64,000 bases of DNA from Octopus vulgaris (Eukaryota): assembly GCA_951406725.2 (NCBI GenBank), contig OX597831.1, forward strand, positions 8,308,001 through 8,372,000, written 5' to 3'. Made by a program: the position numbers and the translations under genes. The notes under the pieces are model-generated. The model had not been told where the DNA came from, searched no databases, and saw only the letters and a list, made by a program, of their open reading frames with translations. How positions within the stretch are numbered: the first letter of the stretch is position 1; each line of letters begins with the position of its first letter. Positions 48,214 to 61,971 of this stretch are shown here, one piece after another.

Positions 48214-48434
48214 CCCTTTTGTTACCAACCCGGCTGAAACTGGCTCTGGCTCTGTAGTACAAATGTCTTGTTTTCATAAGTTTTTAATTAAAATCTTCCA
48301 CCAAACCTTAGTCACAATTTATGTTCCTAACACTTGGTTAATGATAATTAAGTTATTTTACTAAATTCTTTGTTATATTTAAAATAATTGAAAGAAACAC
48401 AGAGCATCTCAAAATAAATACAGTAACGAAAGGG
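48214..48434. mobile_element. piggyBac-type MITE (TTAA TSD)
   Basis: TTAA-cccttttgttacc ... cagtaacgaaaggg-TTAA. A related copy is at 59306-59510, with remnants near 26170-26400, 52190-52285 and 58605-58665. Confidence 0.8.
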
Positions 48435-51400
48435 TTAACTCTATTGAAATCTACAACTGATATAAGAGCCATAATAACAAAAGGTATCAGAAACAGGACG
48501 AAGAATTTTAGACACAATAACCTGGTGTAGTCTTCTACCTGGCTGGCTCCTGTCAAACCGTCCAACCTATGCCAGCATGGAAGGTGGATCTTAAACGATG
48601 ATGACACACAATATATACACCTTAGCCAAGGTTCTATGCCTCCTGATGCCTGGGTAATCTTTATCTTAAACAGTTTGTCTCTCCAAATTTTTATCTTGGT
48701 GCCATAGCTAGTATTATGGTACATCACTGCATGATAATTTAAAAAATTTTATTTACTGGCTTCCCTGCTGGTGGCACATAAAAAGCACCAACCGATCGTG
48801 GCCATTGCCAGCCTCCCCTGGCACATAAAAAGCACCCACTACACTCACGGAGTGGTTGGCATTAGGAAAGGCATCCAGCTGTAGAAACACTGCCAGATCA
48901 GTCTGGAGCCTGGTGCAGCCTTCTGGCTTCCCAGACCCTGGTTGAACCGTCCAACCCATGCTAGCATGGAAAACGGACGTTAAACGATGATGATGATTAT
49001 TATTATTGCAAAGCAACCGTGTCACCAATGCTGAAAGTATGCAGTCACAGAAGCTTGTTCAGCCTTGATAACTTCCTGGCTGGCAGCTCCTCTGGTCGGG
49101 TGTATTAATAACTGCTTCTAGGCAGTTGCCGCTCAAACCACTTGAAAATTTCCCTCAAAACACAGCCTACCATCTTAAAAAAAGTGGGATACTTTGGATA
49201 ATTATACAATCATAAATACACCCCTATTTCAAAGACAGGCATGATGGTCATGTCTGCAACACCTCTGAACATAGGCCCACTTGATTAGGGGAGACCTGGG
49301 GCTAAACAACAGCAACACCTGTAAAATAGATCCCACGAATGGTAAAAGCCAGAATTCCTTCAAGCAGCCTCACTCCTGCAAGTTGTTGGATGTTGTTACT
49401 TCATCTCTATTTCCTGTATTCCAAACACACACGTTTAACATTATATATACACACAGACAGACAGACAGAGCTGCAACATTCTCTGTATGAAAGTGAGCTT
49501 TGCATGTTTTAGACAGCAGTGAATAGTTAGCATTATGTCTGGAACTGACTCTCTTCCACTTGGCAGTCTCTTGACCTAATTACTTTTTCTAAATCCACAA
49601 CCTCCTCCGCCTCTTATTCTTTCTTCTGCACAAAGGGGAACACACACTGACTGGTTAAGATGCTCCAAACAAACTATTTGGGCTAATATTTTATGCATTT
49701 TCTTGCCTTTCTTTTAGCATGTAAGGAGAATTTCTGTTAAATTCATTAATAAATGCCATAAACCATGCAAGGTTTTAATGAAATTCAAAAACAACCATCA
49801 TCTTTTTGACTTCCATTTTTCTATGATGGAATTTGTAGAGACAGATTTTCTATGAATGGGAGCTCTTCCTGTTGCCAACCCTCCCCTTTTTCTAAGCAAA
49901 TTATTATTTGCCCATGGCAGAGCACGTTTTCAAAGCAGATTGGAAATTACAGACACACACACGGCTTCTTTCAATTTCCATCAGCGAAATCTACTTATAA
50001 AGCTTTGGTCAGCCAAGGGCTGAGACACTTGCTCATGGTTCCACACTATGGTATTGAACCCAAGAGCAAATGATTGGTAGAATGCTTCTTACCCAAACAG
50101 TCACACCCGTGCCTTTGTTTTAATAGCTTACAATGGCAGAGAAAGGAGAAACTAAAGAATTCGCTGAAGATTTTTAACAAGCTATAATTATGAGCATTTA
50201 AAGATATTACATTTTCACTTAATTAGAGCTGATATAAGATATAAAATTATCTGAGAAAGAAATACTTATTTATTCTTGTTTTAAAATACAGTTTTGGTAG
50301 AATTAAAGAATGAAGAAATGAAACAAAGAACTGCTGAGGTTAACCTTTCCACTGGAATTTCATGGTTAATCCAGTAACAAGGTTGAATATCTACGGAAAC
50401 TAGAATTGTTATTTTCTGCAAGTCAATGTTGCCTGGATAAGTCTGACAGATCCCAACAGAAAATTGTTTTAAACATGGCATTCATTGACAAAAGATAGTT
50501 TGGTATACAAAACAGCTTTCTGCTGTTCAGGGTAACGGAATTTCAAGCGGATACATCTTATTTTCAAAGTGAAAGGATTAAAAATGGAAAATTAAATTAG
50601 AGAACTGACAATAAAAGAAAACCCACCAAAAGGGGAAAAAAAATAATAAAACAAGGGAAAGGAACTGGAGTGGGTGACCTCCCCATCACTGCAAGGAATT
50701 TGGGGTGTAAAAATTGGAGACACTTGAAAATCGAGCAGACTATTATGTAATCTTTTCTATTCTAGGCACAAGGCCCGAAATTTTGGGGGAAGGGGCCAGT
50801 CGATTAGATCAATCCCAGTATGCAACTGGTACTTAATTTATCGACCCCAAAAGGATGAAAGTCGACCTCAGCGAAATTCGAACTCAGGATGTAAAGACAG
50901 ACGAAATAGCGCGAAGCATTTGTGCCAGGTCGCTGCCTTCAGACTATTATATAATGGGAATAAAATATTTTAATCTATGTTATTTCTGTAGATAATCAGA
51001 AATAATAAAAATAAAAGTGTTTTCATAAGACCCCCCCTCCACTTTTCATTGTTTCCTTTAATTTAAAGATAAAAAAATATTTACTTGAGATCCTTTACTT
51101 GTCTGGTGTTTACTGACACACGCTTGTACACACACACACAAATAACTTGTTTTAAATCTCTGAGCAAGAGAAATACCATAATAGTACCGAATAGCAATGT
51201 TTATATGCCAACAGAATGTATCATGTAGAGCGAGAGATGGGAGCGATGACCTCCCTTGCAAATGCTATACGGACAGGAACTGTGTTGTTGATAGCTGGAA
51301 AAGATGTTTTCCTGGGGTCAAAACAACAGTAACACTGTCCTTTATAGGACTGCCACATTTTGTTGGCATATAAACATTACTATCTATCTATCTATCATCA

Positions 51401-54400
51401 TTTAATGTCCGTTTTCCATGCTAGCATAGGTTGGACGGTTCGACCGGGGGTCTGGGAAGCCAGGAGGCTGCACCGGGCTCCAGTCTGATCTGGCAGTGTT
51501 TCTACAGCTGGATGCCTTTCCTAACGCCAACCACTCTGTGATATATAAATATATCATAGGTGCAGGCATTGCTGTGCACTTGAGAAGCTTGTTTCTGAAC
51601 TATGTGGTCTTGGGTTCAGTCCCACTGTGTGACACCGTGGGCAAGTGTCTTCTATTATAGCCTTGGGTCAAGCAAAGGCCTGTGAATGGATTTGGTAAAG
51701 CGCAAACTGAAAGAAGCCCATAGTGTGTGTGTGTGTGTTTGTGTTTGGTTATAAAATTTTATAACTATTTATAAGAGTTTCATTCTGCCTTCACATCAAC
51801 ACTGTAATCTATTGAAAATGCTGGTAAATAGCAAACAAAAAGCAGAGGGCAAGTTATGTTTGGAACCTGAAAGGAAGTTGGATAAACACGGAATTCTAAG
51901 CTAAGAATAACTGTTATGCTGTGTCATTCAAAATAGAAACTTTTCGCTCCCTCTGTGTGTGTGTGTACGTACACAGAATCATCGACTAACATCTACTTTA
52001 TGCTCCATCATTCTATCAAATCAACTTTTACATTCCCAGCTCTTTGGATACTAATCCAGCTGACACTATTTCTGGTTCCACGATACAAAGGATGGCCATT
52101 TTAAAGAGTTTCTCTTAATTCTATATAAAGACTTATTGTTACATAATATCAAACACCAGTTGGATATAAAACAATTAAAAAAATTAGTTGTGTTACTATT
52201 ACCCTCCCAATTCTTGATTATCTTTTGGTAATTAATTAAAACTCAGCTTGTATATCTTGATAGAAATATGGTTGTAAAAGGGTTAAAGTCTTGTAAAAGC
52301 GTGGAAGAGACTCTGCAGTAAGAAATGATGGCTCAAGAAATTCTTGTTGGTGATATCAATCTGTCTAAAAAGAATTGATAGAAGGCAGAATTTGTGTAAA
52401 GATTATGAAAGAAGTGTGTCACGGATGACATCTTGACAGGTGATATGAACAAGAGATGGAGTCAGGAGATAAGCCATTGCTGTGATCTGATGATGTGTGT
52501 TGTGGAGATGGTGGTAGATGTATCGTTGAGATACAGAAGACAGAAAAACAATTAGAAAACATGGAAAATTGAAAACTGCTGGCGGATTGAGGTGGGGGTC
52601 GTGTGGGTAGGAGGTATCTGCTGACATGTTTCGAGAGAGACAAAGTTGGGTTATATTTCTAAACGTTTAGAGGATATTTTAGAACTTTTGAGACACAAAG
52701 AAGCACAATTAGATGAAATGGAAAAGTTGAAAAATGCCAAGGGATATTGGGGGGGTTGGGTGTTCCTGACATGAAAGACTAAGGAAGAAGCAGTTGCAGA
52801 CAAGAACCTTTGAATGGGAACTTTGGACGATGATGACGTCCATGACCACCACAACCACTGCATATTGAATGTATCGAAAATAATCATTATTACTATAAGC
52901 ACGCCAAATAATGTGTGTGTGTGTGTGTGTCCTTGTTTTGACATCACTCAATAGTTGTAAATGAGCATCATAAAAACGGTGTTGTTTGTTTCCAATCTTC
53001 TGTTAAAGGCCATGATTTGAAGAAATTGCAAGCGGAATGGTAAAAACATCCCAACCAATCATCTCAATAAAACTTATGAACCACATTAACTAGGATGGTG
53101 ATCATTTTCATTTTAATGCCCAGTTTTCCATACCTGTACAGGTCAAACAGAATTCACTGAGATTGATCTTCTACGGCCAGATACCACAACCCTTTTGTTA
53201 AGCCCTATTTGCAAGCAAGGCATTACTTCCCTGTATGATGGACATGTTTCCACGGAAGTTTGGAAGTAAAGGGCACTGCTGGAATGATGTCAAGGGGACA
53301 TATAAATAAACACACAGAAAATAGGCTTCTTTCAGTTTCTGCCTGCCAAATTCACTGGCAAGGATTTGGGGGAATCTGGGGTTCACTGGCCATGCAGAGG
53401 GACTGAACCTGAAACCCTTAATCACATAGTCATGCCTACGCAGCTCAACGAATGAGCTGCGTGAGTGTCCTTCACTTTAATTCTCAACTATGAAGTTGAT
53501 ATAAAAAAAGTTGTTTGTCAACGCAATTGACAAACAAGGAGACACGAAGCTACAAAAATAGTTTCAACTCTAGACAAACATCAATTAAGATTGTGTGAGA
53601 AAAGAAAGCAAAGCTAGGAGGGTGGGGGAAAATAAAGCACGAAAAATTGAAAGGAAATGGAAATTGCGCAGTCATATACATGTGGGTGGGTGTGAGAGTA
53701 ACACAGGAACAGAAGTTAATAATTTTTTTTTTAATCTTCTGTGACTACATGTCTGGCCATGGAAATGTTGCCTTGGAAACAGGATGAGCACCCAGCCATA
53801 GGAAATCTGCCTTAACAAATTCTGTTTAAACCAGCCATATCTGGCCCAGATATTCTACATGTTTTATATTCAAACTGGCCAGATCCAGCCTCTCACACCT
53901 ACCCCACAGTGACATTCTTAAAATAAACAATCACGTCATTGAAATCTCAAAGCTCCAAAATAAAGCAAGATGAGTGAAAAAGTTCTAAGAGAGTAATCTG
54001 AACACTAAAGGGTTAATGTACGCAAGCATGGGAAAACGGATGATAAAATGATGCAACAGTGTGTGAGTAATAAAAAATTTAGCCGAGGAAAAAGTAGCAG
54101 AGACTTGTTTGCAAGTGTGAACAAGTAGTCAGTCCATGACGAGTGACTGAAAATATTATTGACGATCAGAGAGGACCAAATGAGAGACTATAAATGAAAA
54201 GTAGTCAAAAATTTATGGATTTTTCCCGTTGCAGGTCAATTGTGCTACTCAGGCTGTTGTTATTATTAAAGTCTCGGTCACTACCGGTCAAACAAAGCTA
54301 GGATGAACTGCATTAAAGCCATCGTCTGTTTTTTTAAAGAAAATACAGGAATACATTATATAATGTGTCCCTCCTTTTTGAACCAGACGGATGTGATTTA

Positions 54401-56260
54401 ATGGAAATTTATTTGCTATTTTTAGCAGGTTGGGTAACTCTAGAAGTTCATTTATTGGATTCTGTGACAAGGCCAAAGTGAAACGATTGTTGATAGACCC
54501 TGAGATGGAAAGCAAATATTTATGGAAGTTGTGGATATGATGTGTCTGGTGACCGATGCATATTCTCTTTGTATGATCTTTTAGCTTTTGCCTCAGCCAC
54601 TGGACTGCAGCCATGCTGGAGCACTGCACAGAATGGCTTTAGTCAACCATCAGTACTTCTTTTATGTTTTTGAGTTTAGTACTTATTCTATCAGTCTTTT
54701 TAGCTAGACTGGCAAGTTGTGGGGATGTAAACAAACCAACACTGGTCACCACATTATGTGTATAAGGTGTGTACTAAACACTTGTGTCCACATGTAATAC
54801 CTGGCTAGCCAAAGACTACAGTTGAAGACACTTGTCCGTGCATTACCTACAACATTGAATTGTTACATAGAGAGATGTGTGTGTGTGTGACTATCTGTCA
54901 TGTGTCACTTGTTGCAGTCATTAGACTGTGGCCATGCTGGAGCACTGCCTTGGAGATTTTTTTTTTTTACAGCCTGGTACTTCTTTCTATCAGTACTTTT
55001 GCCAAACCGCTAAGTCACAGGGACATAAATAAACTGACATCAGTTGTCCAATGGTGGCAGGGGACAAACACAGACACATGCTTATAATTATATATACAGT
55101 ATATATATATATATATGACTGGATTTTGTATCCAGAGGATCCAAAAGGTAGGTAAGGCTATGTAAGTGCTACAGAGGGACCACTATTAGACTCCTGGTTT
55201 AATAATAGGAGGGAAGAGTCTTAGGCGGGTCGCGTGTGAGCGTGTTTTATTTTTATTCTCATATTTCCCTTTATACTTCTAATATCTCTCCCTTTCCAAA
55301 ATAACTTCTTATATTGAACTCTAATTCCTTGTGTTGAAACTCTCTTGACTCATCTCTGATGATGGAATACCATTTATGTCCCAGAAACAGCCGTAAGACC
55401 ACATTTCTCTCAATAAATGGCCCACATATCAAATTGCCACATATATGACAAGTCTCTTTCAGTCGACCAAATCCACTAACACAGCTTGGATCAGCCCAAG
55501 GTGCCATGCAGTGGGACTGAACTCAGAACCTTGTGGTTGGGAAGCAAACTTCTTACTACGTGGCCACACACCTGCCATGAAAAATTGTTGGGTCATAAAT
55601 GGTGAGATTTGTTGATATTGCCTGCAAATCATCCACTAACTCTGTGCTTTCAAAAGGTGTAGAATAAAATATTCTTTACTTGGAAGATAGGTAAGGATGA
55701 AGAACAGAAGGGCACCTGACCGTAAAGCAACACCTTAATAACATGTATTCATCCAACTCCTGCTGGCACGGAAACATGGATGTAAATTGGATGAATGAAT
55801 TTCTCTGTGAAAGATTTAACAGCTTCCAATGGGTAAAATACTGCAATGCAATATTGTTATTAGAATGGTAGTTTGCAAACAACTTCTCTCTTTTTAGTGT
55901 ATATTTACAATTAATAGTGTTTTGATTGGGTGAATCTCAATCGAGACTAGTTTGAATCCAGTCGGAAGATAATGTAAATATATTGGAAGGAATAACAGTC
56001 AGAGACCAAACCAGGTGAAACATGGTGTTAAGGTAAATATTGTAGATAAACACTCTAAAGATGAGGTTAATAGCCTGAAAAATTGCCACCTTTAATGATT
56101 GTGTTCGTTATGAACACAACTGAAATGTATTAGAATACAGAAATATATTATATTCTGGACATTTTCACAAAGTAAATGTTTGTTGGTTGCATGATTGCAC
56201 TCCCAATTGTGAGAACAAATCAATATTACTGGGACTTCATATCCAGCTATGAGGTGAATA

Positions 56261-56297
<37 letters not shown>

Positions 56298-57590
56298 AGG
56301 TAGTAAGCTGGCAGAATCGTTAGCATGCTGGGTGAAATACTCAGTGGCATTTAGTCTGTCTTTACGTTTTGAGTTCAAATTCTGCTGAGGTTGACTTTGC
56401 TTTTCGTCCTTTTTGGGGTCGATAAATTAAGTACCAGTTGAGTAAGTACTGGGGTTGATGCAATCGACTTCCCTCTTCCTTCAAAAACCACTAGCCCTAA
56501 GCCAAAATCTTTCCCCGACCCCCGGTACTTATTCGCCTTCTTTTATAGTTCTTCATGTCTTTTAGTTGTGGGCGGGGGGGGGGACCATATCTTTCTTCAG
56601 GCATGTTTAACGTTTTCTCTACAAACTACAAACGAGCCCCTACTTCCCTTTTTTTTTTCATACAAATAGTAACAAAAATTTTGAATGGGGTATAGCTGTG
56701 AAAAGAGCCCAGAAAATTGGGTCCTACAAAATGGGTGGGGGAGAAAAGGTGGCTACACGAAATCCAATTCTAGACTTTAAAGAATGTTTTCTACTATAGA
56801 AGTTTGCCATATGTATATATGTATGTGTGCACGTGCGTGTGCCTCTTCCTCCAACAACCTGACAACCAGTGTTGGTTTGTTTACATCCCTGTAACCTAGT
56901 GGCTTTGGCTAGAGTTCAACAAAATAAATATTAGACTTGAAAAAATTAGCAATAGAGTAATTTGTTTGACTGAACCCTTCCAAACGGTGCTCCAGCATGG
57001 CCACAGTCCAATGACCGAAACAAGTAGAAGATAAAATAGAAAATAATTGTTCACATTCATTCTTTCTTCGCCATGGAGATTGGACAAATTGGAAAAAATA
57101 ATAAAAACCATCTTAATTTATGAAACAAAATTGCTTATCAAATTTGATGGCATAAAAAGATGCAAGGACGTATTAGCTGCATCACAATTCCAGTAGCCAC
57201 ACATTTGGGGTCAGACACAGAATTCTCTTACGAGAAGTCCAGATTCACATATAGAATCAGGGGTGATCTTCAGGGACATCTTTTTTTTGAAAACAAGTGC
57301 ATCTTGTATGCCCTCAAATAATGCTAATTGGCAATTTTTATGCCCTTTTTTCCACCCCACCCCCATAGTCCCAACACTCCTTGTAAAAAACTAAGAATGA
57401 ACTAAAGGGTCTTTTCTACTCTACATTATATTTCCATTCATTCTGTAGCACCAATGGGTTATCCTGTTCCTAGCAGATAGGAGAGGGTGATGAAAGAGAA
57501 CCAGAAAGAGAGGATCATTAAGAAGTAGCTACATGGTGATATCCCCGGTTCATTATACTCAATCAGGGTAAAGTTATGGAATAAACTTAC

Positions 57591-57827
57591 CATTTGGTAA
57601 TGATATATTGGCTCCATCAACGATGGCTTGAGCTAGTGAATGGTCTCCGGTTTCCAGAGCATATGCAGCAGCTTTAAGTGCATCCCAGATCTCTTTTCTG
57701 CCTTCAAATGCAGGGGCTGTGTCCCAGAATTCATCTCTTTTACTTCTGAGCTGTCCTTCAGTCAATGGAACATCACTTTTCCATTTAGGTTTCTCTGGTT
57801 TCAGGGGTTGGTTTCGTCCAATAGAAA
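57591..57827 (-). CDS. UBTD2: UBTD1/2-family internal coding exon (ubiquitin-binding domain)
   Basis: Acceptor tttccag; [54 protein letters not shown]...[12 protein letters not shown]; donor GTAAGT; 237 nt, phase 1/1, compatible with the 46742 exon. Exon 1 was not found in the window. Confidence 0.93.
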
Positions 57828-59305
57828 CTGGAAACAAAAGAGGGGGGAAAAAACAGTTTAGTCAGAGCAGGGGATAAGATCAATGCAGATCATGTTTTGT
57901 GATTTCTGGACACAGGCTGAATATATATATCGAAAAATATAAAATAAACAACAAAAAGTAAAGAACAAAATTGTATAACATACAAATAAATACATTTCTA
58001 AAGCAGGACCTGTTTGGTCTGACGTTGTATGACGCAGGTGCCATGGAAACCAATACAAAGCGGCAGTGAACTACTTCAGTCCACAAAACTCAAAGCCAAC
58101 CAGTTTCAAAAATAGCTGGATTTCTGAATTCCGGATAAGAGGTTTGGTACCTCCAAATGCATTTTGTCCCAATGCTCTGCCATTCCATCATTGTCGAAAT
58201 AAATTACGAGAAGCAGCAATGGGATTTGGAAGTTGAAGGCTTCCAAAATCTCAGCTGATCATTCTTTTGAGTTTCAATGAAGAAACCATTTTGAAAAACC
58301 ATAAATCAAATATTTTAAAGAATCTTTTGAAACCATATTTAGAAGAAAATAAATTCCATTGAAAAGGAAATTACAAACTAATGACTTCATTAAATTTTGA
58401 TTAACATACAAAAGTCGAAGTGGCTGAATGTATAAAACATTGAACTATTATTTATCCACACTGATACGAGATGGATGGTTTGACAGGATCCACGGGGTCA
58501 TGCTCCACTGTCTGCTTTCTATGGCTGAATGCCCTTCCTAATGCCAACCACTTCACAGTATATACTGGGTGACCTTTTTCATGCCATCAGCATTAGAGAG
58601 GCCATTGAAATTAATTGAAACAAAGGCAGTGTATTCCAATAGAAAAACGGTAAGAAAAGGGTTAATTCAAGGCTGGCTTAATCAGGGCTAATCCTGAGTT
58701 AAACAACAACAACAAAACCAAAGCAAAACAACTTCCCAATGAGTTCCTTGGGTCGACTGCAAATTGAAATATTATTTTCTGAAAATATTGACTTTCTGTT
58801 TTATGCACTTTTTTTGGTAATGGAATAATAGGTTAAAAAGATATCTTGTCTGTTTGAAGTATTTATTTATTATTTATAGCAGTTTTAAAAGATATAATAG
58901 CCACAAGGTCAGGCTATTAGATAGCAGATCACATGATTAAGTGGTAAAATCTTATTATTACTATCGACGTCATCTCCCCTTGTGTGTTGTGCTATTAGGC
59001 AATGGACAATAACCTGTCTTGTTTCAGCTTGCTTTAAATGGAAACAGGGTCAGCACCCTATATCTCGACAGTGTTGAAGTTTGAGAAGCCTATCTCGTAG
59101 AAAAATCAATTATCTCGGAAATATCCAAAAATAAAAATAGAAACTTGAAGAGGAGGAAAGCTGTAAAAATAATTCAACAATAACATGAACTCAACTCTAG
59201 ATTGCACAGACTTACATAAATGAAACGTTTAACAGCCTCCGACTCGATTTGTTTTTAGACACTTTTGTAGGACTCACATTATCAAATGTCTCCATCCCCT
59301 TTTAA

Positions 59306-59510
59306 CGCTTTCAATACCAGCCCAACTGAAACCGGCTCTGTAGTACAAATGTCTAGTTTTCAAAAGTTCTGAATCAAAATCTTCCACCAAACCTTATGTT
59401 CCTAACACTAGCTTCATGATAATGAAGCTATTTTACTAAATTCTTTATTATATTTAAAATTAATTGAATGAAACGGAAAGCATCTCGAAAGAAATACGGT
59501 AACGAAGAGG
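59306..59510. mobile_element. piggyBac-type MITE, same family as 48214-48434
   Basis: Shares the internal ggctctgtagtacaaatgtc...atcttccaccaaacctta...ttttactaaattcttt sequence and is flanked by TTAA. Confidence 0.75.
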
Positions 59511-60169
59511 TTAAGGTAGTAGGGAAAGTGAGTTATAAGAGATTTTAGCTACTATTTCTAGCAGACACAACAACCACGTACAAAGTGCTACACATTGTTG
59601 TATCTTCAACCATATTAAAACATGTCAACAAAGCAACAAAACCAAATTGCTTGGAGGTTTTCGCCTCTCCTCTGCCCCATTACCGTCACAAATATGTGAC
59701 CCAATTTTTTAAAAATTAGATGTGCATTTATATTTCTGCTATGATTACAGCCATAAGACAGGCTGACGAGCTGGCTTCCGTTTCATCACACCTCTCCAAT
59801 TTAATTATATCATCATCATTATCAACAACAACAACAACATCAACAATGAATGCAGTGTAAAATAAATGGCTGTTGCATGTGTTTGTTGTCGTAGAGTTCA
59901 ACTTTTTCCACAAATAGAGTTTTTCTTAGAAACACAGTTTTAAGTCTATAGAGATGACCCCCACCATCGGCCAATGGGTTATAGTAACTCATTACCTCCA
60001 GATCTTAAGAGAATCCGTTAAATTAGTCATTTGTGCAGACTAATGAGATTGGGTGCTTTTCCAGAATGAGACAACTGGGCACAGCTGTTTGGTCACTGGC
60101 AATCTGGCGCAGCCGACTTGGCAGTGAAGCTGTTTTGGTAACATGTTTTGGCACTGGAGGCAAAGAGAC

Positions 60170-60400
60170 GCACATACAGGCAGGCATAGAAATATATACA
60201 TAAAGCTAGAGAAAGAGAGAGTGGAAGAGAAAGTGAGAGTGGAAGAGAGAAAGAGGAAGAGAATGGAAGAGAGAAAGAGAGAGTGGAAGAGAAAGAGAGA
60301 GTGTGGAAGAGAGAAAGAGAGAGGGAGAGAGGAAGAGAGAAAGTGAGGAAGGGAGAGTGGATGAGAGAGAGAGGGAAAGAGAAAGTGGAAGAGAGAGATT
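60170..60400. repeat. Polypurine (GA-rich) degenerate tandem repeat
   Basis: Repeated gagagtggaagagagaaa-like units; almost pure purine on the + strand. Confidence 0.9.
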
Positions 60401-60617
60401 ACAATTATTGAGTAAAAGTGAAAGGCTGTCCCATGGGTGTTTTTTTTAAACCCAATACGATTGACATATTTCTCCTTTTCCTCATAAAACAGAGGAGGTG
60501 GGGGAGAGAGAGAGAGAAACTTTCAAAATGTCTAATGCCAAAGGAATCAGCATTGAATGAGTGATGCCAAAGATGTTCCATCCTCTGCTTTTTATAATTG
60601 GTAAAACCACGAAACTG

Positions 60618-61971
60618 CAGGGTGAGGCAGAGAGGACAGACGTTTTAGAAATGGTTATTACTCAGTCCCAGGAGGAGGGACATATGTCGTTGGACAGGTA
60701 CCATTCGGTCCGTGATGTCTTAGCATTTTTTTTCTTTTCAGGTGAAGCCAAGGCATTCTGGATGATAGAACATCACGTGATTGCCAACAACAATGACGTG
60801 AAGACTAATGAGTCTGTCACAGCAGTTCAGCATGAGTTACGGTGCCACTTCAACATTCACCAAAATCAGGCTGTTCCCACCCACTACACAATCTTATGTT
60901 GGGTGAATGCACATCATACACGAGGTACCCTAATGAACAAGAGACAGGAGGGGGGTCGCCACGAATGGTATGGACTCTGGAAAATGCGTAATGCATCAGA
61001 CAAGCTTTAATATGGAGTCCGAGGTACTCTGCTTGGAGGAATTCCACTGAACTTGGCATTGGTAAGTGGTCGGTAAGGCGTATTTTGCATGAAGACCTGC
61101 ATTTCCATCCATACAAATTGGTCAATGGTCAACAGTTGAAACCATGGGACTATTATGCACAGTGGTTTAACTTCACACGTCAGAGGGAAGCAATTTTTGA
61201 GGCAAATGACAACCTCATTTTGTTAATGATTGATGAAGCTCGTTTTCATCTCAATGGCATGGTGAATCAGCAGAACTGTTATTATTGGGCTCTAGAAAAT
61301 CTGAGAGAACTGCACAAAAGACCCACTGCACAGCCCCAAAGTGATGGTCTGGTGTGCTGTTGGAAAAGCTGCCATCATTGGTCCTTACTCTTTTGAAGAC
61401 AATAACGGAAATGCTGTTACTGTGAACTCTGAGTGTTACATTGAGATGATAAACAACTTCTTTGCGCCTGAATTACAATGAAAACGTATGCCTATTCGAC
61501 ATGTGTGGTTCCAGCAGGGTGGGGCAATGGCTCCCACACAGCCAGAGCATCAAAGGACGTTCTGCACCCTCTCTTCGGTGACTGCCTCATTTCCAGGTTT
61601 GCTGACATTCCTTGGCTCCCTTGCCACCCTGATTTGTCCATGTGTGATTATTTCTTGTGGGGAAACCTCCAGGTACATGTGTATGCACATAAATCCTGTG
61701 CATTGGACAATTTGAAAGAAGCTATTCACACAGAAGTTGCCCAAATCGACAGAGCAATGCTGGGGAGAGTGGAGGCCAACTTCGGAGAACACCTTCAGAA
61801 ATGCATCAATGAAAACGGACACTACATGATGGATGTTGTTTTCCACACTTGATTTTGACAAATGCTAATTCAATACAAACACATTGATGTCAATAAAATT
61901 TGTTTGCAGCAAAAATTAATGATTTTGTGAATTTTTCAAAAATGTCAATCCTCTCTGCCCCCACCACCCTG
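60618..61971 (+). mobile_element. Full-length but inactivated Tc1/mariner-superfamily transposon, probably DD41D (rosa) type
   Basis: TIRs cagggtgaggcagagagga and tcctctctgcccccaccaccctg followed by TA; 1354 bp. Broken frames give ILHEDLHFHPYK, IDEARFHLNG.VNQQN..YWA, VMVWCAV...IIGPY, WFQQxGA..HTA and WLPCHPDLSMCDYFLWG. Confidence 0.88.

Noticed and set aside
53438-53462. Perfect 10-bp hairpin acgcagctca-acgaa-tgagctgcgt (terminator or Helitron end?)
   Set aside because: There is no U-tract or nearby CTRR terminus, and the context is a eukaryotic intron. One short stem is insufficient evidence.
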